In this document: positions 1 through 8,397 of the stretch, in pieces
How positions within the stretch are numbered: the first letter of the stretch is position 1
How the letters are laid out: each line of letters opens with the position of its first letter
Source of the DNA: Bacteroidales bacterium
GTDB taxonomy: Bacteria; Bacteroidota; Bacteroidia; Bacteroidales; VadinHA17
Reading direction: 5' to 3'
Assembly: GCA_027451265.1 (NCBI GenBank)
Contig: DAIDJT010000001.1
Location: forward strand, 1 to 38,054
DNA: 38,054 nt
Notes under the pieces: generated by a model
The model's database searches: none
Told to the model about the DNA's origin: nothing
The model's input: only the letters and a program-made list of their open reading frames with translations
Position numbers and translations under genes: made by a program

Positions 1-670
1 AGGTGCCAGGGTCTGTCTGATCAACAACAGACTGGTCCGGACCTGAAGAGGCAAAGCTCCCGTGCCGGGTCCCAGCCAGGTCAGAGTCAGCCATGGTAAA
101 TCTGGAGAGGGGCCCCATCCAGGCAACATTGGCCGGAAGCCTGGCGCCGTGTGACAGCCTCCCTGACAGGTTTGCACTGCCGGGGTAGTCAGGTACCAGG
201 CAGAGATCATACCTCCTTATTATCATCCTGTGCATCCACGCTGCAAGGGGTTCAAGAAACCGCAGCAACGCCGGGAAGGCTATCTTCACCTGGTGAGTGA
301 CATAGACTGAAAAAATCTTCTTATGGTAAAAGCCAAACCGGTTGTCAGAGATAATCACCGAGGGGCGGAGTTCTTCGGCCAGCAGCCGCAGCTCCCTGTG
401 TTCCTTCAAACCTGAGGCAATTATGACCGGTAAACGGAGGAAGATGCTGATGTACTGAGGCAAAAGGCGTGAGTACCTGATGGTGAGGCCTGATATCTCC
501 ACCGTCGGGATACCAGGCAGCTCTCTTTCAATCATTTCCGCAAGCCGGGCATCAGCTGCGAAGATAACCTCACAGCCTCGCTGTCTCAGGGCCATCGCCA
601 GCGGTATCATCCTTCCGGCATGGCCGAATCCCCAGCTCAGTGGACTGATGAGAACCCTCGCACTGTTCAT
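1..670 (-). CDS. Glycosyltransferase, MJ1255 / Glyco_trans_1_3 (GT1/GT28-like) family, N-terminal part. It is partial and continues beyond the left edge of the window.
   Basis: This ORF is not in the ORF track because it has no stop in the window. I hand-translated the minus strand from the ATG at 670..668 and it stays open for 223 codons to position 1: MNSARVLISPLSWGFGHAGRMIPLAMALRQRGCEVIFAADARL...VIISDNRFGFY... The N-terminal G-rich GxGH loop (SWGFGHAGR) is typical of MurG/UGT-like GT-B enzymes. The ATG lies 4 nt after the stop of the upstream radical-SAM gene. Confidence 0.7.
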   Translation of the reverse strand, partial: MNSARVLISPLSWGFGHAGRMIPLAMALRQRGCEVIFAADARLAEMIERELPGIPTVEISGLTIRYSRLLPQYISIFLRLPVIIASGLKEHRELRLLAEELRPSVIISDNRFGFYHKKIFSVYVTHQVKIAFPALLRFLEPLAAWMHRMIIRRYDLCLVPDYPGSANLSGRLSHGARLPANVAWMGPLSRFTMADSDLAGTRHGSFASSGPDQSVVDQTDPGT

Positions 671-674
671 GGCT

Positions 675-1457
675 TTAACCAGAAACAGAGGTAGCAATAC
701 CCAGTTCGTTGACCCTTTGCGCGATGGCATTGAGTTCGTTCACCGGCACTTTCCTCAGATTATTGCCCAGAGGGGTATCACGGTGAATTGTATAAATCAT
801 AACCTGCTGCGGTCTTAGCCTGGCTATGGCGTCAAGCCATGCAGTGATCTCATCCTCTGTTGTGTTGTCAACAGGCCGGCCGTCGCATTTGCCCCTTACA
901 AACAGTGTCTGGATGATGAACCTTCCGTTGAAGTCCTTTATGTGCTCTTCAAATCCGGCGAGGCTGGTTTTGACATTTGGCTGGTTCAGCCTGATGACGG
1001 TTTCAGGCAGGGCCGAATCAAGCTTAAGCATATTCTGGTCGACCTTTTTCAGTGCTTCGCGAACGCTTTTCCGGTGAAGCATGGAGCCGTTGGATAGCAC
1101 TGACACCCTTGCCGACGGGAAGAACTCATTGCGCAGTGCGATGGAGTCGTCTATTATCCCGGCGAAGTCGGGATGGAGTGTAGGTTCGCCGTTGCCGGCA
1201 TAGGTGATGACATCAGGGGCCTGGCCACGGGCTTTCATTTCGGAAAGTTTCTGTCTGAGGGCGTCATACACTTCCGGGCGTGACGGAAGCTTCTCTCCGG
1301 GCCCCGGTTTGCCGGGGGTCCATCCACATTCGCAATAGATGCAGTTGAAGGAGCATACCTTGCGGGTGACGGGAAGGAGGTTGATCCCGAGTGAGACGCC
1401 CAGCCTGCGGCTCTTAACCGGGCCGAACACTATGCTGTCAAAAAGAAATGTCGGCAT
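675..1457 (-). CDS. Radical SAM protein (small, 260 aa, function unknown)
   Basis: The CX3CX2C cluster motif is present as CSFNCIYCEC. The N-terminal FGPVKSRRLGVSLGINL segment is typical of COG0731-like radical SAM enzymes. The ATG is at 1457. Confidence 0.85.
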   Translation of the reverse strand: MPTFLFDSIVFGPVKSRRLGVSLGINLLPVTRKVCSFNCIYCECGWTPGKPGPGEKLPSRPEVYDALRQKLSEMKARGQAPDVITYAGNGEPTLHPDFAGIIDDSIALRNEFFPSARVSVLSNGSMLHRKSVREALKKVDQNMLKLDSALPETVIRLNQPNVKTSLAGFEEHIKDFNGRFIIQTLFVRGKCDGRPVDNTTEDEITAWLDAIARLRPQQVMIYTIHRDTPLGNNLRKVPVNELNAIAQRVNELGIATSVSG

Positions 1458-1482
1458 TAAGCTAAAGAATTGATCAAGGCTA

Positions 1483-1490
1483 CAAATTTA
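1483..1490 (-). promoter_or_regulatory. Bacteroidota sigma-A -7 box (TAAATTTG on the minus strand) upstream of the radical SAM gene
   Basis: This is an exact TAnnTTTG match. Its G lies 26 nt upstream of the ATG at 1457. Confidence 0.45.
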
Positions 1491-1516
1491 CGATAATCTG
1501 TTCACCCTGCTCCTGC

Positions 1517-1660
1517 GGATGAGGATATGCCTGTCATATCCTTCTCTATTTCCAGACGCACCTGGGATGAGGATATGCCTGTCAGATCCTCATCCATTGC
1601 CAGACGCCTGGCGGAGGGCCATATGCCTGTCATACCAGCCTTCTTATCCGACTCGCCGGC
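1517..1660. repeat. Tandem repeat of 3 x 48 bp. Copies 1 and 2 are about 80% identical and copy 3 is degenerate. Each copy carries the core ATATGCCTGTCA.
   Basis: The core ATATGCCTGTCA occurs at 1525, 1573 and 1621, an exact 48-bp period. Copy 2 contains a perfect 10-bp inverted repeat, GGATGAGGAT (1565-1574) / ATCCTCATCC (1586-1595). Copy 1 contains GGATAT (1523-1528) / ATATCC (1536-1541). Copy 3 overlaps the 3' end and stop codon of the amidohydrolase CDS. Confidence 0.8.
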
Positions 1661-2739
1661 AGGAGGCGCATGTTCTGCAGGTCAAAGGGCTCCACCAGCA
1701 GCAGCCCCGGGCGCTTGCCCGGTTCAACAGACCCGAGGATGTCATCACATCCCAGTGCCCGTGCCCCGTTGATGGTGCCCCACCGTATAATTTCCCCGGC
1801 AGTGATTTCCGGGGCTGCCTCCTGCAGAAGCCGCAGAGCGGTGATCATGCTGAGATGGTCCGATGATGCAAGGCTGTCAGTGCCCACCACAATCCTGTCC
1901 GTCACCTGTCTCAGCATGGAAACGGGAGGCATTTTTCCCGAGATGTGTATGTTTGATGAGGGGCACAGGCAAAACCATGTGTTGCCGGCAGAAGCCAGCA
2001 TGGCTGCTTCGCCGGCCGTTATGACCATATTGTGGACCAGCAGCAGTTGTGAGGTGATGCGGGAAAGCTCCATGGCAGCTTCTGCGTGGCCCTGTGCCAT
2101 TTTACGCTCGTCATCCGACTCCAGGAAATGAATTGAGATGACTGATCCCGGGGTAATATGCTCCCTGACCAGGTGTGAGAGAGGCCCGGAGAGTGAGTAA
2201 AGGGAGTGGGGCGTCACCTGTACCGGCAGTCCGCGAAGTTGCATCTCCTCACACACGCTGAGGGCATCTTTCATGCGTGTTTCAGCCACAAGCGGGTCAA
2301 GGCCGAAGACCTCAGCAAAGGTAAAGTAAAGTATAGGGCTTTTCTGTTTTACGCTGCCGGTAAGAGGGCTGTTTGATATATCACCGCAGGCCATAACCCC
2401 TTCCGACTGCATCTCCATGTCGGCACTGAAGGCTGCAGCCATTATCTCACCCGGGGTTGCGCCGCGTCTTTCGCGGACTGATGCAATAAACCCGTTCAGT
2501 CCGCCTCCGGGCGGAATCAGTCCGCGCATGTGTGACAGCTCCAGGTGAGCATGGCAGTTGACAAAACCAGGGATGATGATGCCGTTGTAAAACTCCGTTC
2601 CGGCGCTCTCGGTGAGCATGCCGCCGGTGTCATCAACGCCGGTCACCGTGCCATCGTCAGCGAGGGTGACCACGCCTCTCTTAAGGGGTTTTCCGGCAGA
2701 GGTGAACAGGTATTGGGCTGATATCTTTCTCACTGTCAC
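1630..2739 (-). CDS. Amidohydrolase, ATZ/TRZ (chlorohydrolase / MtaD / SsnA-like deaminase) family
   Basis: The metal-ligand pattern is visible: HxH in GFVNCHAHLELSH, then TPHSLYS, IHFLESDDE (the HxxE type) and VVGTDSLAS (Asp). The ATG overlaps the upstream gene's stop by 4 bp (2736-2739). Confidence 0.85.
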   Translation of the reverse strand: MTVRKISAQYLFTSAGKPLKRGVVTLADDGTVTGVDDTGGMLTESAGTEFYNGIIIPGFVNCHAHLELSHMRGLIPPGGGLNGFIASVRERRGATPGEIMAAAFSADMEMQSEGVMACGDISNSPLTGSVKQKSPILYFTFAEVFGLDPLVAETRMKDALSVCEEMQLRGLPVQVTPHSLYSLSGPLSHLVREHITPGSVISIHFLESDDERKMAQGHAEAAMELSRITSQLLLVHNMVITAGEAAMLASAGNTWFCLCPSSNIHISGKMPPVSMLRQVTDRIVVGTDSLASSDHLSMITALRLLQEAAPEITAGEIIRWGTINGARALGCDDILGSVEPGKRPGLLLVEPFDLQNMRLLPASRIRRLV

Positions 2740-3518
2740 TTCACTGGGATGTCCTCAGCATGCACTATCCTGATATTTGCAATGCGGGCATGTTTTTCCC
2801 ACTTGCCCGGCTGGTTGTCATGATTCAGCAGCCAGCCGCGCAGGCGTGCACCGGGTATACTGTCAATTGCCTTGCTTATCTGCACATTGCGGAACATTCC
2901 GTCTTTCTCCAGGAATACCTCCTGCCAGTAATCGCGCTTTTCCTCCCCTGTGCTGTCACGGTAACTGAAGTAGGCCGTTACGCGTGGGTTAAGACTCTTG
3001 TCGTCTTCGAAGACCCGTATATCAGCTTTAAGGATATATTCACCCGGCCTGTCAGCCGGGATATCAAACCAGACGGGGTCACGGGTGAAGTCTTCCGGCA
3101 TGCGGTAGTCAGGCTTGCCTGTCCAGAGGTTTCTTTCTGAGGGCGTTGCCGGATTCTGTTCAGTCATCACCTCCGTTTCCATTTCAAGGAGGTTTCCGGT
3201 CACCTTATCATATATCTTCGACAGTTTCCTGGGTCTGCCGGTAAAGTAGTACTTCATCGTGGCCTCAAACTGTTCGTAGGTGTAACCATGGCTCTCAATT
3301 ACATCCGCATAGTTCAGCATGGAGTCGCGCTGCGCCCAGGTGTCCCTCAGCGTAAAGAGATCCATCATGCCTGCGGTGAGATAGGTGTCAGTGAGTATTT
3401 CAGCAAGCTTGTCTTCAGGTATCAGCATTTTCCGTGAAGGCTTTTCGTTTTCCTGGTCTCCGCATGATACAGTCAGCAGAAGGGCGGCCAGGAGACAGAT
3501 GACGGTTCCGGTCCTCAT
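2736..3518 (-). CDS. Lipoprotein, probably DUF4296 family (Bacteroidota-specific)
   Basis: It has a signal peptide plus lipobox (LLLTVSCG). The IPEDKLAEILTDTYLTAGM segment resembles DUF4296 from my recollection of the family; this is not a search result. An ATGA overlap with the LolE-like gene lies at 3515-3518. Confidence 0.6.
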   Translation of the reverse strand: MRTGTVICLLAALLLTVSCGDQENEKPSRKMLIPEDKLAEILTDTYLTAGMMDLFTLRDTWAQRDSMLNYADVIESHGYTYEQFEATMKYYFTGRPRKLSKIYDKVTGNLLEMETEVMTEQNPATPSERNLWTGKPDYRMPEDFTRDPVWFDIPADRPGEYILKADIRVFEDDKSLNPRVTAYFSYRDSTGEEKRDYWQEVFLEKDGMFRNVQISKAIDSIPGARLRGWLLNHDNQPGKWEKHARIANIRIVHAEDIPVK

Positions 3519-4750
3519 TTGTTTACTTTTTCATTATCCTTCAGTTGCCTGCGTGAGAGATAGTGCACCGGGTACCAGGCAGCAGCGTAGCCTATGGCAA
3601 GCACCGTTGCAGCCACCATGAAGAAGTCAGCAAGGTTCATCCTCACGGGATAGGCGTCGATAAGCAGCGAGTCGCCGGCCAGCTTGACAATACCGAAATG
3701 CTGCTGTGCAGCGCACAGGATGAATCCCAGCAGCAGGCCCAGCAGTGTGCCGATGAAGGAGATCATCCACCCCTCATAGATGAATATCCTCTTGATGAGT
3801 CGTTTATCGGCACCCAGACTTCGCAGGATGCTGATATCCCTCTCTTTTTCGATGATGAGCATTGTCAGTGACCCGATGATATTGAACGAAGCAATTACAA
3901 GGATGAATGAGAGGATGACGAAGATAGCCAGACGTTCGGCCTTCATCACCTTGTAAAAAATCTCCTGCTGTTCGTACCGGTTCTGCACCAGGAAGCCGTC
4001 ACCCATCGCTTCCCTGATGGCCTTCTGTGCCTTTTTCTCATCAGCGCCGGGCTTCAGCCTTACCTCGATGGCGCTTACTTCTTCGGTGTAGCCGAGAAGT
4101 TCCCTGGCAAAATCGATCGGGAGGAAAACATACTTAGAGTCAAATTCCTGCTCAACCGCAAAGATGCCGGAAAGGAAAATATATTTCCTGGTGAACTCAT
4201 TGTCAGGCATTGCCCTGATCTTTGCCTTCCGGTCAGGGATGTAAATTGCAAGCGGTGAAACGAAGTTCAGCCTCATTCCAAGGTAATTGGCCACGCCGAG
4301 CCCGGCCACGGCATAGGGTCTGCCGTTTTCGCCCTGCAGGATGAAATCACCGTCCCACATAGCGGTATCAAGGTCAGAGACTTCAGCGTAGTTGAGTGAG
4401 ACTCCTTTTACGGTGGCTATATATTGCTGTTCCTCGTAGCGAAGGAGGGCATTTTCCTCCAGCGACAGTGCAAAGACTTCAACGCCGCCGGCTGCTGCCA
4501 GCCGTTGCAGTTTCAGGCTGTCAGGAGTGAACACCTTCCCGGTAACGGGTGTGATCTTCACCTGTGGGTCAGAGGTGCTGAATATGCTCCTGACCATCTC
4601 CTCGAGGCCGTTGAAGACCGAGAGTATAGTGATGAGGGCCATTGTGCCAACTGTCACTCCGGCCACAGATATGGCGGATATCACATTGATGGCGTTACGC
4701 GATTTTTTCGCGAAGAGATATCTCTTTGCTATATAGAGTGACAGCTTCAT
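3515..4750 (-). CDS. LolC/LolE-family (FtsX-like) ABC transporter permease
   Basis: The N-terminus from the internal Met, MKLSLYIAKRYLFAKKSRNAINVISAISVAGV, is the classic LolC/E start. It is followed by a large periplasmic loop and a C-terminal FtsX 3-TM bundle. The track ORF (to 4927) is over-extended. The ATG at 4750 forms an ATGA overlap with the methyltransferase stop (4747-4750). Confidence 0.85.
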   Translation of the reverse strand: MKLSLYIAKRYLFAKKSRNAINVISAISVAGVTVGTMALITILSVFNGLEEMVRSIFSTSDPQVKITPVTGKVFTPDSLKLQRLAAAGGVEVFALSLEENALLRYEEQQYIATVKGVSLNYAEVSDLDTAMWDGDFILQGENGRPYAVAGLGVANYLGMRLNFVSPLAIYIPDRKAKIRAMPDNEFTRKYIFLSGIFAVEQEFDSKYVFLPIDFARELLGYTEEVSAIEVRLKPGADEKKAQKAIREAMGDGFLVQNRYEQQEIFYKVMKAERLAIFVILSFILVIASFNIIGSLTMLIIEKERDISILRSLGADKRLIKRIFIYEGWMISFIGTLLGLLLGFILCAAQQHFGIVKLAGDSLLIDAYPVRMNLADFFMVAATVLAIGYAAAWYPVHYLSRRQLKDNEKVNK

Positions 4751-5562
4751 TTGCTCTTGCGGGCAATTACCAGCAATCCGGTTCCCTTTACATGCTTCCC
4801 GTTCAGGTCGGCACAGTTGAGTGCCAGCACGAAAGGCATTACGGCAAGATAGTAGAAAGGCAGGAGAATAAAGAAGAGTTTTGTCGCTGACAGCATGATG
4901 ACAGGGTATTTCATTGAAAGCCGCCATGCCAGGCTGCCCGGGTTTCCATAGGTGTATGAAACGTTAATCTCATCATACCCTGCCGTCCGCAGCTTACCGG
5001 TTATATCCTCCAGGCTGTAACCGTCGCGCACATGCTCGCCGATAAATGATTTGTCTCCGTCGGAATGAACATCTGAACCGCCCTGGTCGGATGGCGTTGA
5101 GATGACAAGATATCCGCCTTCTGCCGTCATCTTCAGGAAATTGGAGAAGACGGTCCGGTCTTCGGCAATATGTTCCATCACATCAACGCAGAGGATGAGG
5201 TCATAGCTGTTCCCGCCATTCCATGTCACAAGGTCAGCTTCAACGGCCTGAACACTCTCTGAAATTCCTGTCGTGCTGAAAAAGGTGTTACAGTCAGCCA
5301 CCTGTTCTCTCTTTATGTCAGCGGCGGTGATTTTCCAGGAGGGGAAATGCGAGGCCATCCACCACGAGTATTGTCCGAAGCCCATGCCGGCATCAAGGAT
5401 CATTGCCTGGTGCGGCAGTGAAGGCCCCAGGTTTCTCAGGGCCCGCCTGACGTGCCATGAACGGAGGAGCAGGATGTCAAGCAGCCGGTAAAAGAGCTTC
5501 CGCAGAAGTGGATGACGGTTGAAAACCTTCCCCAGGAGCTCCTTGATGGGGTCATAGTGCAT
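4747..5562 (-). CDS. Class I SAM-dependent methyltransferase with a hydrophobic C-terminal tail
   Basis: Motif I is ILDAGMGFGQ, with the acidic loop at ADIK and motif LCVDVMEHI. The C-terminal segment KLFFILLPFYYLAVMPFVLAL looks membrane-embedded. Confidence 0.8.
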   Translation of the reverse strand: MHYDPIKELLGKVFNRHPLLRKLFYRLLDILLLRSWHVRRALRNLGPSLPHQAMILDAGMGFGQYSWWMASHFPSWKITAADIKREQVADCNTFFSTTGISESVQAVEADLVTWNGGNSYDLILCVDVMEHIAEDRTVFSNFLKMTAEGGYLVISTPSDQGGSDVHSDGDKSFIGEHVRDGYSLEDITGKLRTAGYDEINVSYTYGNPGSLAWRLSMKYPVIMLSATKLFFILLPFYYLAVMPFVLALNCADLNGKHVKGTGLLVIARKSK

Positions 5563-5567
5563 CGGGC

Positions 5568-5906
5568 TTATTCCTTGAGCAGTTTGGAAATATTGTCAAT
5601 GTAGTCGTTGCTGTCATCAATGAAGAAGGCAATCTCCGGGACGATGCGAAGCTGGTTGCGTATCTTCTGCCCGAGCTCATAACGCAGCCTGGGCACGCTG
5701 TTGCGGAGGAGGTCAAGGGTTGAGGCAGATCCTTCTGAAGGGAAGACACTGATCCATGTCTTCGCCAGCGACAGGTCAGGACTGACCCGGACAGTGGTCA
5801 CTGAAATCATTTTCCCGGGAGCCAGTTCGGCTCCGTGATGCATGATAATCTCAGCAAGCTCCTTCTGTACCAGCCGTGCAACTTTCTTCTGCCGTGTCGA
5901 TTCCAT
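5568..5906 (-). CDS. rbfA: Ribosome-binding factor A
   Basis: MESTRQKKVARLVQKELAEII... is a typical RbfA N-terminus, and the size (112 aa) fits. The track start at 5927 is a TTG lying inside the promoter box, so the ATG at 5906 is preferred. Confidence 0.85.
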   Translation of the reverse strand: MESTRQKKVARLVQKELAEIIMHHGAELAPGKMISVTTVRVSPDLSLAKTWISVFPSEGSASTLDLLRNSVPRLRYELGQKIRNQLRIVPEIAFFIDDSNDYIDNISKLLKE

Positions 5907-5924
5907 TGTGGATGATTTACGCGG

Positions 5925-5932
5925 CAAAAATA
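5925..5932 (-). promoter_or_regulatory. Bacteroidota -7 box (TATTTTTG on the minus strand) upstream of rbfA
   Basis: This is an exact TAnnTTTG match, 19 nt upstream of the ATG at 5906. It heads the rbfA-to-amidohydrolase operon. Confidence 0.45.
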
Positions 5933-5952
5933 CGAAATAAGTTGGGAGTTTT

Positions 5953-5987
5953 CGGTTATAGGTTATTGGTTATCGGTCATAGGTCAC
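5953..5987. repeat. Heptanucleotide tandem repeat, 5 units of NGGTYAY
   Basis: The units CGGTTAT AGGTTAT TGGTTAT CGGTCAT AGGTCAC run head to tail in the rbfA/trpS divergent intergenic region. They are followed by a 10-nt direct repeat, GTCACTTTAG, at 5983-5992 and 6002-6011. Confidence 0.85.
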
Positions 5988-6025
5988 TTTAGCCCGCGTT
6001 AGTCACTTTAGTCGCTCAGAATAAC

Positions 6026-6033
6026 TATTTTTG
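6026..6033 (+). promoter_or_regulatory. Bacteroidota -7 box (TATTTTTG) upstream of trpS
   Basis: This is an exact TAnnTTTG match, 20 nt upstream of the ATG at 6054. Confidence 0.45.
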
Positions 6034-6053
6034 CAACTGCTAATATTTTATTG

Positions 6054-7043
6054 ATGGATACAGTAGTAAGCGGCATAAGGTCTACGGGCAATCTTCACCT
6101 TGGAAACTATTTCGGTGCACTGAGGAATTTTCTCAGGATGCAGGATGAGAATAACTGTTATTTTTTTGTGGCAGACTATCACTCACTTACAACACACCCC
6201 CATCCTGATGACATTCACGGCAACATCAGGCAGGTGCTGGCTGAATATCTTGCCGCAGGCATTGACCCTGAAAAGGCGACGGTCTATGTGCAGAGCGATG
6301 TGCCCGAAGTGACAGAACTCTACTTGCTGCTGAACATGATTTCATATGTCGGTGAGCTGGAGCGGACTGCCTCATTCAAGGAAAAGATACGCAAGCATCC
6401 TGACAACATCAACGCAGGACTGCTGACATATCCGGTGCTGATGGCTGCCGACATCATCATTCACCGGGCGCACAAGGTACCGGTGGGAAAAGACCAGGAG
6501 CAACACCTTGAGATGACGCGCCGGTTTGCCCGCCGCTTCAACACAATGTACGGGATTGAATATTTCCCGGAACCTGATGCCTACAACTTCGGGAAACAGC
6601 TTATAAAGATCCCCGGTCTTGACGGAACGGGCAAAATGGGCAAGAGCGAGGGCAATGGCATCTTCCTTGCTGATACGCCTGCCGAGATACGCAAGAAGGT
6701 AATGAAGGCTGTTACCGATACCGGCCCCGGGAAACCGGGCGAAAAACCGTCAGAGCCGGTAAAAAACCTTTTTACAATAATGGAAGTGGTGTCAGAACCG
6801 TCAACGCTTGAATATTTCCGGGAGCAGCACGCCACCTGCCAGATAAGGTATGGTGACCTGAAGAAGCAGCTTGCCGAGGACATCATCAAGGTCACTGATC
6901 CGATCAGGATGCGCATCAATGAGATACTTGATGATCCGGACTATCTCGGAAAGGTTGTTGCCGCAGGTGCAGAGAAGGCCAGGGCCAGTGCTTCCAAAAC
7001 CATCCGCGAGGTACGGGAGATTATTGGTTACAGGCCTTTCTGA
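6054..7043 (+). CDS. trpS: Tryptophan--tRNA ligase
   Basis: The class I signature motifs are present: the HIGH-type motif GNLHLGNY and the KMSKS-type motif KMGKS. Length and overall sequence fit TrpRS. The track start at 6051 is a TTG immediately before the ATG at 6054. Confidence 0.95.
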   Translation: MDTVVSGIRSTGNLHLGNYFGALRNFLRMQDENNCYFFVADYHSLTTHPHPDDIHGNIRQVLAEYLAAGIDPEKATVYVQSDVPEVTELYLLLNMISYVGELERTASFKEKIRKHPDNINAGLLTYPVLMAADIIIHRAHKVPVGKDQEQHLEMTRRFARRFNTMYGIEYFPEPDAYNFGKQLIKIPGLDGTGKMGKSEGNGIFLADTPAEIRKKVMKAVTDTGPGKPGEKPSEPVKNLFTIMEVVSEPSTLEYFREQHATCQIRYGDLKKQLAEDIIKVTDPIRMRINEILDDPDYLGKVVAAGAEKARASASKTIREVREIIGYRPF

Positions 7044-7131
7044 GGATTACATCATGGCCAGCCTGGCCGGAAATACCTCCTATCAATCAGCCCGCCGGGA
7101 AAAAGATCTGCAACAGGCAATTGCCGGAGCC

Positions 7132-8316
7132 TCAGGCATTCACCACCGGAGCCCTCTCGAAGGGCGCATTCCTGTCGAACAGGTACCGGTATGTAATATG
7201 AGTTTTGATAATTTTCGCACCAATCTGGTCAAGCAGGTGCATCATTGAGGGGTTGAAGTCTCCTATCCAGTTGAATTCCAGTTCCTTATATGGAAATCTG
7301 TCTGACATGGCCAGCCTGGCGAATGACATGATCAGTGCTCCCTCCACGCCCCTGCGCTGGTGCTCGGGCACAATACCGAAAATCAGCCCGAAGGCTTTCG
7401 TAAGTTCCTTCTTTACGTGCCTGAACCATAGAAATTTCAGTCTGCCCACATGGTTGAGCTTACCATTGAGATGCCTGACTATCTGGTTTACCTCGGGGAG
7501 CATGATGAAGAAACAGATGGGCTCTCCACGGTAAAAGCCGAACCAGAGCAGTTTTTCGTCCAGTACCGGCCTGATGCTTTTGAGGATGAGTCTTGCGTGG
7601 CCCTCGCTAATTGTCTTGACTCCGGGGAACCGCGCCCAACCCTTGTTGTAGACGATCATGAAGTTACGGGTTATGTCACGCATCTCTTTCAGGGTCATAT
7701 ACCTGAATGAGTAGTCAGGATTGCTGAAGACTCGCCCGGCCTTTTCCCTGATAACGGCGTCAAGCCTGCTGTCATCAACGGGCATGTGGTACGTGTATTG
7801 CTCGAAGTAGTTTCTGAAGCCGTAAGTCTCAAAGAGTTCCCTGTAGTAAGGGGGATTATAGGGCATGCAATAGTTGGGCGGCATGAATCCGTCAACCAAC
7901 AGTCCCCACCAACGGTCACGGTCACCAAAGTTCACAGGGCCCTCCATCACGGTCATTCCCCTTTCAGCCAGCCAGTTGCGGCATGCGTCAAACAGTATCT
8001 TCGCGGCTTCACCATCGTTGATGCATTCAAAGAATCCCATGCTTCCCACATTTCCGCCCTGGGCGTTTGCAATTTTCCTGCTGAAAAAGGCTGCCACCCT
8101 GCCGACAGGCTTTCCGGCGCTGTCGCGAAGAAGCCATCTCACTGCTTCGCCGTTACGGAAAAGGGTGTTGGAGGAGGGATGGAAGACAGACTCAATGTCC
8201 CTGAACAGGGGCTTTATCCAGTTCCTGTCTCCACTGTTTATGGATGCCGGCAGATCATGGAAATCCCTGATATCTTTTTTGCTGCTGAGTTCAGCAAGAA
8301 TATAACCGCGGTTCAT
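7132..8316 (-). CDS. Conserved protein with a C-terminal GNAT-type acyl-CoA N-acyltransferase motif
   Basis: A GNAT motif-A-like segment is present (VPEHQRRGVEGALIMSF). The substrate is unknown. The ATG at 8316 is preferred over the TTG at 8334 in the track. Confidence 0.65.
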   Translation of the reverse strand: MNRGYILAELSSKKDIRDFHDLPASINSGDRNWIKPLFRDIESVFHPSSNTLFRNGEAVRWLLRDSAGKPVGRVAAFFSRKIANAQGGNVGSMGFFECINDGEAAKILFDACRNWLAERGMTVMEGPVNFGDRDRWWGLLVDGFMPPNYCMPYNPPYYRELFETYGFRNYFEQYTYHMPVDDSRLDAVIREKAGRVFSNPDYSFRYMTLKEMRDITRNFMIVYNKGWARFPGVKTISEGHARLILKSIRPVLDEKLLWFGFYRGEPICFFIMLPEVNQIVRHLNGKLNHVGRLKFLWFRHVKKELTKAFGLIFGIVPEHQRRGVEGALIMSFARLAMSDRFPYKELEFNWIGDFNPSMMHLLDQIGAKIIKTHITYRYLFDRNAPFERAPVVNA

Positions 8317-8397
8317 TACCCTCTGAATAACCAAATTTTCAGAAAATTACTCAATCATTTTGGAAATCCAAACGATAGTGGCGCGGATGCGCACGAC

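Noticed and set aside
480-818. A 112-aa plus-strand ORF spanning the junction of the glycosyltransferase and radical SAM genes.
   Set aside because: It overlaps two well-supported minus-strand CDSs, including the glycosyltransferase GxGH motif region, and it has no motifs of its own.
4751-4927. N-terminal extensions of track ORFs: the LolE-like gene to 4927, panC to 33788, porP to 23787, the DUF4270-like gene from 34520, panD to 32692, radA to 31240, the TonB receptor to 10815, and rbfA to 5927.
   Set aside because: The extensions overlap upstream genes or promoter boxes and lack family-typical sequence. Internal Met codons give canonical N-termini, signal peptides or ATGA overlaps.
8378-8394. 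A hairpin, GTGGCGC-GGAT-GCGCAC, downstream of the TonB-dependent receptor stop, considered as a terminator.
   Set aside because: The stem is only 4+2 bp with a bulge, and the downstream U-tract is weak and interrupted. It is too marginal to call.
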